A stretch of 64,000 nt of DNA. It comes from Cellvibrionales bacterium. GTDB lineage: Bacteria; Pseudomonadota; Gammaproteobacteria; Pseudomonadales; JAHEIH01. The stretch covers positions 31,279 through 95,278 of the forward strand of contig JAHEIH010000026.1 in NCBI GenBank assembly GCA_024639455.1, written 5' to 3'. Positions 63,261 to 64,000 of this stretch are shown one piece after another. Under the pieces are notes generated by a model. It had not been told where the DNA came from, did not search any database, and was given only the letters and a program-made list of their open reading frames with translations. Position 1 is the stretch's first letter. Every line of letters begins with the position of its first letter. Position numbers and translations under genes: made by a program.

Positions 63261-63486
63261 CACGCTTTTTATCACCCGTAACTCCCTGTCTACAAAGGGG
63301 TTGTGGAATTTCAATTTTTGAGGGCAGGTCGTTTTTTTACATATAGACGCCGCTGAGATGCAAATCGGCGCAAGATGTTAGCGCTAGAATCGCTGGATTA
63401 TAGAAAAATTCGCATTGATGTTGCGATATACCCCGTCATACTTGCGGGTTAGCGTCATCTACGATTTCAACGTTGAGGGTTTAACT

Positions 63487-64000
63487 ATGCAGCGATACTC
63501 CGGATTCGAGCTGTTTAAACAGAGTCTCAGTCACCATGAGAACTGGCAGAGCGTCTGGCGCAATCCCAAGCCAAAAGACAAGTACGACGTCATCATCGTC
63601 GGCGGTGGCGGCCACGGCCTTGCTACGGCCTACTATTTGGCGAAGGTTCACGGCATCACTAATGTCGCGGTACTGGAAAAGGGCTACCTCGGCGGCGGTA
63701 ACACTGGCCGTAACACGACGATTGTGCGCTCTAACTACCTGTGGGACGAAGCCGCTCACCTTTACGAACACGCCATGAAATTGTGGGAAGGCCTGTCGCA
63801 AGACCTCAACTACAACGTGATGTTTTCGCAGCGCGGTGTGCTCAACCTAGGCCACACTCTGCAAGACATGCGCGACATTCAACGCCGTGTTAACGCCAAC
63901 CGCTTGAACGGTATCGATGGTGAAATACTCGACACCAAGCAAGTGCAAGAGATCGTACCAATGATGGATTGTTCGGCGAACACCCGTTACCCCGTCATGG
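63487..64000 (+). CDS. soxB: Sarcosine oxidase subunit beta (3' truncated by window)
   Basis: MQRYSGF...[51 protein letters not shown]; missing from the ORF track because there is no stop in the window. Confidence 0.93.
   Translation, partial: MQRYSGFELFKQSLSHHENWQSVWRNPKPKDKYDVIIVGGGGHGLATAYYLAKVHGITNVAVLEKGYLGGGNTGRNTTIVRSNYLWDEAAHLYEHAMKLWEGLSQDLNYNVMFSQRGVLNLGHTLQDMRDIQRRVNANRLNGIDGEILDTKQVQEIVPMMDCSANTRYPVM

Overview
Chromosomal segment of a roughly 50-55% GC gammaproteobacterium, probably marine; the taxonomy is inferred from gene content only. 1-35.2 kb is mostly housekeeping backbone: modC end, srkA, cysE, tcdA, a CsdA-CsdE/SufE fusion, tatD-family, ppk1-ppx, cinA, dtd, typA, the sigma54/NtrC nitrogen hub (glnA-ntrB-ntrC convergent with porin-glnK-amtB), ubiK, comM, rep, nhaD, cytochrome c5 and tRNA-Arg(CCG). 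35.3-43.3 kb is an accessory, visibly AT-richer block behind the tRNA: a secreted amidohydrolase, a DUF885-like metallopeptidase, an AraC regulator and a TonB receptor, ending in a Fic::sdaA chimeric deletion scar preceded by four repeats at a 24-bp period. 44.4-64 kb is a quaternary-amine/C1 cluster: BCCT, TonB receptor, two non-pyrrolysine MttB-family methyltransferases, a corrinoid protein, a corrinoid:THF methyltransferase, a RACE/ASKHA activator, DUF1638, dimethylglycine dehydrogenase, Fhs, a GbdR-like regulator and soxB. Most notable: (i) this cobalamin-dependent betaine demethylation system under GbdR-type boxes, in which all predicted catalytic partners of the acidic-tailed corrinoid protein carry Arg-rich tails; (ii) a 48-bp double-hairpin element seen in both filled and empty target sites; (iii) the Fic::sdaA chimera. 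No CRISPR array, integrase, transposase or rRNA was seen. All calls are by-eye motif recognition; no database search was run.
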